DNA of 64,000 nucleotides from an uncultured Gammaproteobacteria bacterium. GTDB lineage: Bacteria; Patescibacteriota; Microgenomatia; PFEM01; DATLAM01. The DNA lies in the NCBI GenBank assembly GCA_964566925.1, contig CAZMIZ010000002.1:72647-136646 (forward strand), written 5' to 3'. This document shows, piece after piece, positions 55,062-64,000 of the stretch; within the stretch, counting starts at the first letter, position 1; each line of letters opens with the position of its first letter. The translations under genes and the position numbers were made by a program. The notes below the pieces were generated by a model that had not been told where the DNA came from, did not search any database, and worked only from the letters and a program-made list of their open reading frames with translations.

Positions 55062-57772
55062 TTTTTACTTTTTCCCTCAACTAGTTCTGTCTCCTCCGGC
55101 GTGAGGTTGTAGAGTTTGTAAATTAGTTGGTCGGTTTCATCCTGAAGTTTTGCAATTTCACTTCTCAATCTAGTCCATTTATCTGAATTTTGTGTGGTCT
55201 TTAATAATTCCTCATTAATTTTGATCATTCTATTCACAAGTTTAAAGAGACTTTTGTTTTTTGTATTGTATTTAGGAAGTGGTAAATTCCTTACATCGTT
55301 GACCAAAATTTTAGGGAATAACCCCTTTTTAGCTTTAGGAGATTTATTTAAATTATACCAACCCATTAGTGTAGAGTTCACAATACCCAGTAATACCTTC
55401 AGGGAATAATTGCTATTTTTCTTTTTTATAACATTAATAATAGAGGGTGTATTATAATACTCTTCTTTTGTCCAAGAACAAATTAGATTTACACCGGTAA
55501 TTTCTCGTACAAGAACCCTCTCCTCTCTAAAAAATTTTGGTTCTCTCGGTGCTGCAAGCCAATTTCCATAGCTTATCCATGACTTTCCATTCCACTTTAT
55601 AGAATAGCGCTTAACGTCACCACCCTTTAATTCCTTTTTGTAGGTAGCATCCTTTTTATGATCGGCATGCCAAATTCTATTTTTAATTGTATATTCATCA
55701 TGTCCTCGATATTTATCATAAGGAATTAAACCTTGAGAAACTTCAAAATAGTCGCTAACTCTAGCTCCTACTGATTCAATTTTCTTTAAAATGCGATCCT
55801 TTTCTGCAGAGTAATCAAATAGAGCTAGCCAATTATCTAACTCTTTCTCTAAAACCTCTTTTCCGAAGGCATTAAATAATTCAAACAATTGCTTAGTCCT
55901 GTCATACTTGAAGAAAGTGACATTCTTGCCGCTTTCGAACCTATCTTTTTTCGCTATTACAATACAGTTTCTAACAGAAGCGTCTTTGAAAGTCTGATCC
56001 TCTGTCAAATCTATAATTGAAATTATTTTGAAATTTTTAAGCAACTTCTCTCTGAAACCTTTTCCATAGAATGTCGATAAAAAGGTGTTGGGTATTATAT
56101 AAGATAAGCAACCTCCTTGCTTCAAAAGAGACAATCCCCTAGAAATGAAATAGATATAGCTTTCATAATCAGGAACCATAGGGTAGACATTACTTAAGTA
56201 TGACTTATCTTCTTGGGTAAAACTTGCCCCATAGGGAGGATTTCCTATGATTACGTCAAACCCTTCTTGTTTAAATACCTCTGGAAATTCTTCTTTCCAG
56301 TTGAAGGGTTTTTTCTCCTGCCAGTTTTTTCCAAAATACTTTTTGAGTTTCTTTTCGGTGCCAGAAATAAGCGAGTTGCCAACTTTAGTGTTGTCGGAAA
56401 GTAACGGTAGTTTATGGTTTGGTTCAAGCGCTTTTAGCAGAAGATTTAAGCGGGCGATTTCAATGGCTTGAGAATCAAGGTCAACACCATAAATATTATT
56501 CTTTAAGATATTGTATTTTCTGAAAGCTGCATGCGGTCCAGATTTCTCTTGAGCTTTTTCTTCGGCTAGTTTCTCATCCAGCAAAGCAAAGGCCTTAATA
56601 AGAAAGGAGCCGCTACCACAAGCAGGGTCCAGAATTTTGATATTCTCAATTTCTTTTAATGACTTTTCTTTTAAAGCAACACCAAGCGTATTTTGAACAA
56701 TATAATCAACGATATGAGCCGGTGTATAGTAAATTCCTTGTTTCTTCCTTTTAGCCCCATTCACTAATCCTTTTCCTTGAACAAAACCGAGATACTGTTC
56801 ATAAATGGAACCTAAAACATCAGCGTCGATGGCGGCAAAATTATATTTAACTCCTCTTTCTTTATCCGCATAAAGATCATTAATGATTTGCTCAAAAGGA
56901 GTCCCTTCGGTGTCGAGCTTCTCACAAAGATGCTCCAAAAACAGATTGCTATTATATTTTCTGTCAAAATCTTTAAAGATTGGCTTTAAAGCCTGCATGA
57001 AGTTATCGGGTTTTCGATTATGGGTAATCCACTTTCGAAGAGCAGGCCAAAGTATTTGGGGTTCAAGTTTACGATCTTCACAAGTCCGAATGAAGATAAA
57101 TCTATCCAAAACTCTTTGAACCGCTTCATCAACATCGGATTCATCAACTTCGGGATTATATCTCTTGAAGTATTTTCTTAAAAGCTCTCTCCATTCGAGG
57201 AGATCAGCCGCCAGTTTTTCACTAACTTTAAGCCTTTTAGCTTTGATGCCCCACTTCTCAGCTTGTTTATCAAGCTCACCTTTCTCAATGCTTTCCCTGG
57301 AGAGAAACCAAAGGTCATCCAGGCGAGTAAGGAATTTATCATAAGCAAATTCTAAATTTGGTTTTGGGGTGTCCACTAACCATTCTGAATTAAAAAGCTT
57401 TAAGCCTTTGAAATCGGTTAAAACTACCCAAGGAATACCTTTGTTCCAGCCATAGGTGACTGCCTGCTTTGCCCATTCAACTTTATCAAGGTCAACTTTT
57501 AGGGATTTTGCTTCAAGGAGAAATTGGGGAATGTTGTTAAGACGAAAAGAATAATCAACTTTTCCCTTAACAGCAACTTCTTCTTCAACTACCTCTCGGT
57601 CAGTAAATTCGTTGTAGACATCCCAACCTAAGGCTTGAAAGAATGGCTCAATGAAAACTCTTCGAGTATCTGCCTCATCATATCTTCTTAACTGTTTTGC
57701 CTTTTTTACTCTTTCATATTTTTCAATGAGCTTTTTGATTTCCTTTTTAGCCTGTTCTCTAGAAGTCGCCAT
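55058..57772 (-). CDS. Type IIG restriction-modification enzyme (fused REase-N6 adenine MTase-TRD)
   Basis: E.DTR..FI.PFF.ALGW, D...EAK nuclease; GIYYTP, DPACGSG.F, IGNPPY; TaqI_C-like TRD. Confidence 0.93.
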   Translation of the reverse strand: MATSREQAKKEIKKLIEKYERVKKAKQLRRYDEADTRRVFIEPFFQALGWDVYNEFTDREVVEEEVAVKGKVDYSFRLNNIPQFLLEAKSLKVDLDKVEWAKQAVTYGWNKGIPWVVLTDFKGLKLFNSEWLVDTPKPNLEFAYDKFLTRLDDLWFLSRESIEKGELDKQAEKWGIKAKRLKVSEKLAADLLEWRELLRKYFKRYNPEVDESDVDEAVQRVLDRFIFIRTCEDRKLEPQILWPALRKWITHNRKPDNFMQALKPIFKDFDRKYNSNLFLEHLCEKLDTEGTPFEQIINDLYADKERGVKYNFAAIDADVLGSIYEQYLGFVQGKGLVNGAKRKKQGIYYTPAHIVDYIVQNTLGVALKEKSLKEIENIKILDPACGSGSFLIKAFALLDEKLAEEKAQEKSGPHAAFRKYNILKNNIYGVDLDSQAIEIARLNLLLKALEPNHKLPLLSDNTKVGNSLISGTEKKLKKYFGKNWQEKKPFNWKEEFPEVFKQEGFDVIIGNPPYGASFTQEDKSYLSNVYPMVPDYESYIYFISRGLSLLKQGGCLSYIIPNTFLSTFYGKGFREKLLKNFKIISIIDLTEDQTFKDASVRNCIVIAKKDRFESGKNVTFFKYDRTKQLFELFNAFGKEVLEKELDNWLALFDYSAEKDRILKKIESVGARVSDYFEVSQGLIPYDKYRGHDEYTIKNRIWHADHKKDATYKKELKGGDVKRYSIKWNGKSWISYGNWLAAPREPKFFREERVLVREITGVNLICSWTKEEYYNTPSIINVIKKKNSNYSLKVLLGIVNSTLMGWYNLNKSPKAKKGLFPKILVNDVRNLPLPKYNTKNKSLFKLVNRMIKINEELLKTTQNSDKWTRLRSEIAKLQDETDQLIYKLYNLTPEETELVEGKSKK

Positions 57773-57816
57773 TTGGCTTTAATTTTACCACAATACCCCT
57801 CTCAACTAAATAGAAT

Positions 57817-57894
57817 TTGACTTTTACTTTACAATTTGCTATAAGCTAGTTAGTTGAAAGTCAGCGTTTGGCTGCCCGAGAGGGCAGTTTTTTT
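57817..57894 (+). promoter_or_regulatory. T4SS operon promoter and leader hairpin with U-tract
   Basis: TTGACT-17 bp-TATAAG; GCTGCCC-GAGA-GGGCAGT plus T-run at 57871-57894. Confidence 0.7.
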
Positions 57895-57926
57895 ATTTAT
57901 CTCCTGCCGATTAGCAAAGGAGGTGA

Positions 57927-58256
57927 GTGATGAGAATCTTGCTGACGCTGCAATCTTTTGTCTTAACGGCTTTAATTTTTGCTGCCCAAGTTCAGGCCCA
58001 AGCTGACGACGTTTCCAAAGTCCAAAACTTCATGACCAACATTATTCAGATCATGGTCACTCTGGCCGGAGTTCTGGCCGCCCTTTTCTTTGTCTGGGGC
58101 GGGGTCGGCTATATTACCAGTACAGGCAACCCCGAGAATTTGGAAAAATCAAAAAAGACGATTTTTTACTCGGCTATCGGCTTGGCCGTTACCCTGGGAG
58201 CCTATGTCCTGGTCAATATTGTCACCCAGACGGCGCAGAGTGCTTTTGGCCAATAA
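57927..58256 (+). CDS. VirB2/TrbC-like pilin
   Basis: Signal peptide, two hydrophobic helices flanking GG..YITS.GNPE....K; SD AAGGAGGTGA. Confidence 0.8.
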   Translation: MMRILLTLQSFVLTALIFAAQVQAQADDVSKVQNFMTNIIQIMVTLAGVLAALFFVWGGVGYITSTGNPENLEKSKKTIFYSAIGLAVTLGAYVLVNIVTQTAQSAFGQ

Positions 58257-58272
58257 TTAACGACAAAAAACA

Positions 58273-59559
58273 ATGGTTGTCCTAGCAGTTTTTTTAACTG
58301 CCTTAGTCTTCCTTCTCAATCCTCCTTTGGCCTTCGCCCTTGAACAATATCCCGAAATCCAATCTTTCACCGGCGACCTGATCGCCAACCTTTCCATTCT
58401 GGCTTCGGTTTTCGTCCTCTTCTTCCTCATCCGCGGCGGCTATTTGTATCTCACCTCCAGCGGCAATCCGGAGGCCCTGGAAGACGCCAAAATAACCATC
58501 AGGAATGCCCTCATCGGCTTGGTTTTAATTCTTTCGGCCAGTACTTTCTCTTCAATCCTAACGACTTCCTTCACCACCCCTTCGCCAGGCACCGAGACCA
58601 GCCAGATCGAACTGGCGCCATTGGAAACGGTCGAACCCGAAGACGGTCTCACCCAGGTCTTGACCGAAGCGATTGCCGGCTTTTTAAGGAACATCATCCA
58701 GAGCGCCACCAAGCCCTTGACCGACAGCGTCATTTCCTTTTTAACCACCACGCCTTTGGTGGCCACCAATCGGTCCATCTTCAATTTTTGGCTGATCATT
58801 CTGGGAATCACCGATTCGCTTTTTGTCTTGGTGATTATCCTCCTCGGCTTTCAAGTGATGAGCGCCACCACTTTCGGTTTCGAAGAGGTGAAGCTGAAAA
58901 AACTACTCCCTCGAATTGGCCTGGCTTTCCTTTTGGCCAACGTTTCCATTTTTATGGTCGACTGGGTGCTGCGGTGCAACAATGCCTTGGTTGCCGCCGT
59001 TCTCAATGCCACCGGCGGCTTGAACCAGGCCTGGATTGAGAACGCCTTTAACCCGCCGGTGATGACCATGGAGAGCGTCCTGGTGATTACCCTGATTTTT
59101 GGCGTCCTCTTTATTATCATCACCGTCGTCCTGCTCCTTTTTTATATCAGCCGTTTAATCATTATTGCCTTGGGGGCGGTCCTTTCGCCTTTAATCTTTA
59201 TGCTTTGGGCTATTCCCAGGCTGGCCGATTTTTCCGAAATTGCCATCAAAAGCTATCTGACGACGATTTTTTCCGTTTTTATCCATGTGGTGGTCATCCA
59301 GCTGGCGGCCTCATTCTTAACCCTGCCAGGCGAGTCGGGAGGCTCGGGCCTGATGGCCGTCCTCATCGGCATCGGCTTGATGTTTACCTTGATTAAAACC
59401 CAATCCGTCGTTTATCAATTGGTTTTTTACAACACCGGCCGGGCGGTCTTTAAAAAGGTGGGCGGCCAAATCGTCAACGTTCTTCAGGCCAAGCAGACCG
59501 AAGAAGCGGCTCTTGGCGAAGCCCAGGTTAAAACGCCGAGAAAGGTAGTCAACGCATGA
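58273..59559 (+). CDS. Pilin-like domain fused to a VirB6/TrbL-like polytopic protein
   Basis: N-terminal GGYLYLTSSGNPE repeat of the pilin motif; multi-TM C-terminus with R...I....VLSPL. Confidence 0.75.
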   Translation: MVVLAVFLTALVFLLNPPLAFALEQYPEIQSFTGDLIANLSILASVFVLFFLIRGGYLYLTSSGNPEALEDAKITIRNALIGLVLILSASTFSSILTTSFTTPSPGTETSQIELAPLETVEPEDGLTQVLTEAIAGFLRNIIQSATKPLTDSVISFLTTTPLVATNRSIFNFWLIILGITDSLFVLVIILLGFQVMSATTFGFEEVKLKKLLPRIGLAFLLANVSIFMVDWVLRCNNALVAAVLNATGGLNQAWIENAFNPPVMTMESVLVITLIFGVLFIIITVVLLLFYISRLIIIALGAVLSPLIFMLWAIPRLADFSEIAIKSYLTTIFSVFIHVVVIQLAASFLTLPGESGGSGLMAVLIGIGLMFTLIKTQSVVYQLVFYNTGRAVFKKVGGQIVNVLQAKQTEEAALGEAQVKTPRKVVNA

Positions 59560-60056
59560 AAACAAACCCCATTCCGGCTCAAGTAACCACGGTCGAGGAT
59601 AAAATCGCCGCCAATCTGAGCCTGACCCAGCTCATTCTCCTTTTGGCCCCGCTTTTTATCAGCGTCTTTGTTTTTGCCGTCCTGCCCGAGAGGATGTATT
59701 TTAGCCTTTATAAAATCATTCTTATAATTCTGTCTCTGATTATTTTCTTAACCCTGGCCATTAGGGTCAAGGAACGAATTGTTTTGACCTGGCTGATTCT
59801 GCTGGTCGCTTACTATTTAAGACCCCATCTTTTTCTCTTTGACAAAAATGATGATTACCTGCGAAAGGAAAAACACCCGCCGGACGACGAGATTGAAAAA
59901 ACCGCCAGTCGCCAACCAATTCCGGCCAAAAAAGAAAAAAAGAATCACTTATCAATTCTGAATCTGATTCAGCTGGAGAACCTGATGAACGCCAGAAATA
60001 CCAGAATGTCAATTAAATTCAGTCAAAAAAGGAGGCTCAGATTAAACCGCTTTTAA
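59556..60056 (+). CDS. PrgI family (VirB3-like) protein
   Basis: IP......EDKI...LSL.Q, two TM helices, RP; ATGA coupling. Confidence 0.8.
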   Translation: MKTNPIPAQVTTVEDKIAANLSLTQLILLLAPLFISVFVFAVLPERMYFSLYKIILIILSLIIFLTLAIRVKERIVLTWLILLVAYYLRPHLFLFDKNDDYLRKEKHPPDDEIEKTASRQPIPAKKEKKNHLSILNLIQLENLMNARNTRMSIKFSQKRRLRLNRF

Positions 60057-60667
60057 ATAATAAAGTCTCCTCCAGGAGACAAATTAAAATCAAGGAAGTC
60101 CGAGACGGGATTTTGGTTCTGCCGGAAAACAAATATCGGGTGGTGGTGGAAACCTCGGCGATTAACTTTGAACTTAAAAGTGAGGCCGAACAAGACGCTT
60201 TGATTGATAATTTCCAAAATTTCATCAATGCCCTGCCCTGCCCGATCCAGATTTTAATCCGGGTCCGCGAAGTGGAGATTGACCACTATCTCGAGGTTTT
60301 CAACAGCAGAAATAATCACGAAACCAGCAAGCTTTACCGCCAGCAAATCAAACACTACGGCCAGTTTGTCAAGAAATTGGTTAAGGGCAATAAAATCCTT
60401 TCCCGGCGCTTTTACCTGGTCATTCCCTACGAACCGGAGCCGGAAAAAAACGACTTTAATTTGATTAAGGAGCAAATCAATCTCAGCCTGGATATCATTG
60501 CCAAGGGCTTGGAGCGGCTGGGGATGAAAACCAGAAACCTCAACACCCTGGAAATTCTCGAACTTTTTTACAGTTTTTATAATCCCGGGGGCTCTAAAAC
60601 CCAGCCCATCAAGGAGAAAACTTATCAGCTTTTAGCAAAAAATAAAGATGTTATTCAAACTCCCTAA
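60041..60667 (+). CDS. VirB4 N-terminal-like/TraC-associated T4SS protein (apparent ATT start)
   Basis: I.IKEVRDGIL, INF.LKS..EQ......F..F.N.L..PIQI and R.FY.VIP motifs; SD AAGGAGG 5 nt before an in-frame ATT. Confidence 0.7.
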   Translation: MKPLLNNKVSSRRQIKIKEVRDGILVLPENKYRVVVETSAINFELKSEAEQDALIDNFQNFINALPCPIQILIRVREVEIDHYLEVFNSRNNHETSKLYRQQIKHYGQFVKKLVKGNKILSRRFYLVIPYEPEPEKNDFNLIKEQINLSLDIIAKGLERLGMKTRNLNTLEILELFYSFYNPGGSKTQPIKEKTYQLLAKNKDVIQTP

Positions 60668-62408
60668 CTTTAAAAAAGGCAGAAAACGGGGTCAAAAAAC
60701 CATCGAGCTCTCGTTTGGCGAACAGGATCAGGTGGACTTAATCTCCTATGACGGCCTTGAGGAGTACCAAAACTACCTCAATCTGGGCGGCAGATATCTG
60801 CGGACGCTTTTCATTTCCGGCTACCCTTACGTGGCGACCACCGGCTGGCTGAACAACCTCGTTAATTTCAATCACGACATCGACATTGCCTATCACCTGG
60901 AGCAGATCGATTCCAAGATCTCCCTGCCCAAGCTTAATCGAAAAATTACCGAATTGGAATCAACCCGAAGAGTCCTCCAGCAGCAGGGAAAAATCATCGG
61001 CCCGGAAGTGCTTGACCCCTTGAAATCGGCCGTTGATTTGAAAAACAGAATCCTGCGGGGCCAGGAAAAGCTTTTCCAGGTCTCCATCTACATCCACTTG
61101 ACGGCCGACTCTCTGGTGGAATTGGAAAAACTGACCACCTTGGCGGAGACGGTGCTGGCGACGAGATTGTTCTACACGAAAACGGCGGTTTTCCAGCAGC
61201 TTGAGGGCCTCCAGTCCATCCTGCCTCGAGCGGAAAACCTGCTTGACCAAAAAAGAAATTTGGACAGTTCTTCGGCGGCCCTCACTTTTCCTTTTACTTC
61301 ATCCGAGCTGGTCCAGGAAACCGGTATTTTATACGGCGTCAATCTTTCCAACAATTCCTTGGTGATGATTGACCGCTTCAGTCTCAATAACGCCAACAGC
61401 ATCGTTTTTGCCCAATCCGGCTGCGGCAAGAGCTACGCGGCCAAGGTGGAAATCCTGCGCCAATTGATTCAAAAGACGAAAGTGATCGTCATCGACCCGG
61501 AGCGCGAATACCAGCAGCTTGCCCGCTCTTTAGACGGCACCTACATCAAACTCTCGGCCAAATCCAAGGAAAAGATCAATCCTTTTGATTTCTCGGTCAG
61601 CTCCTTTGGCCAGGGCAACAACCTGGTCGAGCATATCCAGGATTTGACGGAGATCGTTTCCTTAATGGTCGAAGGCCTGACTTCGGAAGAAAAAGCGATT
61701 GTTGATAAAGCGATTGTCAAAACTTACAAAAACCTTGGCTGGGCAATCCACGGCCGAAAAAAAGGCAAAAGATACCCGTTGATGAAGGATTTATACCAAA
61801 CCTTGAAAAAAGACCGGCAGAGAAAACTCTGCGTCCGCCTGGAAAAATACGTCAAAGGATCGCTGGCCAATGTCTTCAATCAGCAAACCAATATCAAGCT
61901 CGACAACCGCTTGATTATTTTTGACATTAAGGATCTGCCCGAATCTTTACGCCAAATCATGATTCTGATTATCTCCAATTATGTTTATAACCAGGTCAAA
62001 TCCGATCCCCAAAAACGATTGCTGGTGATTGACGAAGCCTGGATTCTTTTGGAGCATGAGGAAAGCGCCCGCTTTATTGCCGGCTTGACCAGAAGAGCGC
62101 GCAAATACTACCTGGGGGTGAACATCATCTCCCAGGCGGCCAACGACTTTCTGGGCAACGAATACGGCCAGGCGATTGCCTCCCAAGCTTCGCTGCGGAT
62201 TCTGATGCGCCAAGACACGACGACGATTAAAAAAGTGGTTGAGGAGTTCAAGCTCAGCGAATACGAGCAGAAATTCCTGCTGACTTGCGATAAAGGCGAG
62301 GCGATTGTCATTGCCGATCAAAACCATGTCGCCCTGAAAGTGGTCGCCTCGGAAAAAGAACACCCCCTGATCACCACTGACCCAGCCGAAAGATACTCCC
62401 TGCGATGA
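60648..62408 (+). CDS. virB4: VirB4-like conjugation ATPase
   Basis: AQSGCGKS Walker A, IDPEREY, INPFD, IDEAW and RRARKY motifs. Confidence 0.9.
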   Translation: MLFKLPNFKKGRKRGQKTIELSFGEQDQVDLISYDGLEEYQNYLNLGGRYLRTLFISGYPYVATTGWLNNLVNFNHDIDIAYHLEQIDSKISLPKLNRKITELESTRRVLQQQGKIIGPEVLDPLKSAVDLKNRILRGQEKLFQVSIYIHLTADSLVELEKLTTLAETVLATRLFYTKTAVFQQLEGLQSILPRAENLLDQKRNLDSSSAALTFPFTSSELVQETGILYGVNLSNNSLVMIDRFSLNNANSIVFAQSGCGKSYAAKVEILRQLIQKTKVIVIDPEREYQQLARSLDGTYIKLSAKSKEKINPFDFSVSSFGQGNNLVEHIQDLTEIVSLMVEGLTSEEKAIVDKAIVKTYKNLGWAIHGRKKGKRYPLMKDLYQTLKKDRQRKLCVRLEKYVKGSLANVFNQQTNIKLDNRLIIFDIKDLPESLRQIMILIISNYVYNQVKSDPQKRLLVIDEAWILLEHEESARFIAGLTRRARKYYLGVNIISQAANDFLGNEYGQAIASQASLRILMRQDTTTIKKVVEEFKLSEYEQKFLLTCDKGEAIVIADQNHVALKVVASEKEHPLITTDPAERYSLR

Positions 62409-63010
62409 ATCCCTTTTTAGTAACGACTCTTTTTTCTTTCAAGAAAGAGTTTTTTTATGTTCTCCTGGCTTTCCTTCTGGTCATTTCAATGCCCCTTGTC
62501 GGGGTGATTATTCTTACCCGAACCGGTTTGGATTTTGTTTCCGAACGATTGGTGGCGATTAATGAGGTCACCAACGAAGTTCAAATCCTAAATCCGCTAG
62601 ACGGCAGCGTCTACAAAACCATCAAGGGTCCCTTCGTCTGGCCGGTGACGGGAATCATTACCCTCGAGTTCGGCGAATCAAGCCGCTGGCAGCTCTTCCA
62701 TACCGGAATTGACATCGCCAATCCCGAAGGTAAAAATGGCGACCCGATCACCCCCTTTATGCCCGGGACGGTTGTTTATGCTGGTCAAATCTCCTGGGGG
62801 TTTGGCAAACACGTAATCATCGATCACGGCGATAATCTCGCTTCCATCTACGCCCATTTGGAGACCATCTGGGTGGAAGTAGGCCAGGCAGTCAAACCGG
62901 GCGAGATTATCGGCACCGAGGACAGCACCGGCTGGTCAACCGGACCGCATCTGCACTTTCAAATAAACGTCTTTGGCATCCCGGTTAATCCGAGGATATT
63001 TTTGAAGTAG
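62405..63010 (+). CDS. M23 family peptidoglycan peptidase
   Basis: HTGID, Y.HL and STGPHLHF motifs; N-terminal TM. Confidence 0.92.
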   Translation: MNPFLVTTLFSFKKEFFYVLLAFLLVISMPLVGVIILTRTGLDFVSERLVAINEVTNEVQILNPLDGSVYKTIKGPFVWPVTGIITLEFGESSRWQLFHTGIDIANPEGKNGDPITPFMPGTVVYAGQISWGFGKHVIIDHGDNLASIYAHLETIWVEVGQAVKPGEIIGTEDSTGWSTGPHLHFQINVFGIPVNPRIFLK

Positions 63011-63041
63011 AGCCATGCTGATAATTCTTATTATTGGAGCC

Positions 63042-64000
63042 TTAACTTTTCAACCAAAGCCAGATTTGATTTTTAAGTCTTTGGGTCAGCTCAAAGCTGT
63101 TTGCGTGCGAAAGGTAACCCAGATAAGATTGAAGGGATTGTTCGAAAGCAGGGGAACCAATCCTCTCTCTTAATTTTTCAAAGATTCTTCTCTTCGTTTT
63201 GGTTCTCGGCAGACGGTAATGCGGCAGAACAACATAGCCTAAAAATTCGATTCCCCAGTCAAGTTTTCGGAAAATAATTTTTTTGGAATGCATTTCAAGC
63301 TTCAACTCCTTTTCTAAAAACTCCTGCAAGGGTCCAATGTAGCTTTCCAGCTCTTTTTTGTTTTGGGAGAGAAAGACAAAATCATCCGCATAACGAAGAT
63401 AATATTTAACCTTCAGTTGATGCTTGACCAAATGGTCAAGCCTGTTCAGATAAATGTTGGCAAATATTTGACTGGTTAAATTGCCAAGAGGAATCCCTTG
63501 GCCGCGCCCCCTGTCTGAATTAAAACTATGTATAACCTGAGAAAGAAGCCGGAGAATATTCTTGTCTTTAATTCGCTCCCGAAGCAGGTTTTTAAGGATC
63601 TGGTGGTCAACACTGGCAAAGAATTTCTTGATATCACACTTTAGAGACCAACAATTTCTCGTATAATTTTGGGAAACAATTCTCGCAAACTTTTCAAGCC
63701 TGGCGACGGCCTTATGCGTCCCTTTGTCAAGACGGCAAGAATAAGAATCAAAAATAAAGGTATGGTCGGTGGCTTTATACAAGAAGGTGTAAAGCAAATG
63801 ATGCAAAATTCTGTCTTCTACGCCTGCCTTGTGGATGTGCCTCTTCTTGGGGTCGTGAACATAAAAGGATTGGTAGTCACCATGTTGATAAGTTTGGGAA
63901 ATAAGTTTTCGGCGAAGATTAAAGAGGTTATCCTCCAAATTTAGTTCAAACGCCTGAACGTCTCTCTTTCTCTTTTTGCCTTTCTTAAATCCGTCCCACG
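63042..64000 (-). CDS. Reverse transcriptase, DGR-type; N-terminus beyond the window
   Basis: Frame open to the edge (WDGFKKGKKRKRDVQAFELNLEDNL); DPKKRHI, DRI.H, SCR..KG.H, CDI.KFF.S, GIPLGNLTSQ.FAN and YLRYADD motifs; short C-terminus without maturase/HNH. Confidence 0.85.
   Translation of the reverse strand, partial: WDGFKKGKKRKRDVQAFELNLEDNLFNLRRKLISQTYQHGDYQSFYVHDPKKRHIHKAGVEDRILHHLLYTFLYKATDHTFIFDSYSCRLDKGTHKAVARLEKFARIVSQNYTRNCWSLKCDIKKFFASVDHQILKNLLRERIKDKNILRLLSQVIHSFNSDRGRGQGIPLGNLTSQIFANIYLNRLDHLVKHQLKVKYYLRYADDFVFLSQNKKELESYIGPLQEFLEKELKLEMHSKKIIFRKLDWGIEFLGYVVLPHYRLPRTKTKRRIFEKLRERIGSPAFEQSLQSYLGYLSHANSFELTQRLKNQIWLWLKS

Larger units (their letters stand above)
37382..64000. mobile_element. 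Integrative conjugative element inserted at tRNA-Glu (right end beyond the window)
   Basis: Serine recombinase abutting a tRNA, VirD4, Replic_Relax, VirB2/B4/B6/PrgI, M23, defence cargo and RT; no housekeeping genes after 37.4 kb. Confidence 0.85.

Noticed and set aside
63042-64000. RT as a group II intron or retron
   Set aside because: SQ motif, no maturase/HNH extension, no domain V/VI downstream and no VTG retron motif seen.
37428-64000. Second att site (tRNA-Glu 3' repeat) inside the window
   Set aside because: I did not find another copy of GGTTCGATTCCCCTCGGGGTCA by eye, so the element probably continues past the edge.

Overview
The window looks like the chromosome of a small-genome Patescibacteria/CPR-type bacterium, probably Microgenomates-like. 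This is inferred from gene content, many leaderless genes and CPR-style pilin/T4SS genes. Bases 1-37.4 kb are host chromosome. They hold an unusual nucleotide cluster (variant GTP cyclohydrolase II with a poly-C frameshift, OMP decarboxylase, guanylate kinase and a degenerate OMP decarboxylase), a divergent pyrE-pyrF pair, 16 intact tRNA genes plus tRNA remnants, an archaeal-type DRG GTPase, secG, lexA, rsmI, a glycolysis/acetate operon (pgi-pmi, ppsA, eno, gpmI, acs), holA, ruvC and two GIY-YIG nucleases interleaved with tRNAs. From tRNA-Glu (37.4 kb) to the right edge lies an integrative conjugative element. It carries a large serine recombinase whose C-terminus is read through the tRNA, a VirD4-like coupling ATPase, a Replic_Relax protein, a Fic/DUF2958 cassette and about 12 kb of AT-rich defence cargo (Shedu operon; type IIG R-M + Schlafen + nuclease-HEAT protein; Cas4-like nuclease). 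It also has a minimal T4SS (pilin, pilin-VirB6 fusion, PrgI, VirB4, M23 peptidase) and a DGR-type reverse transcriptase cut by the window edge. The best candidates for undescribed systems are the R-M/Schlafen/nuclease-HEAT operon, the non-riboflavin RibA-PyrF-Gmk cluster and the DGR-bearing CPR ICE. All calls come from motif reading by eye; no searches were run.
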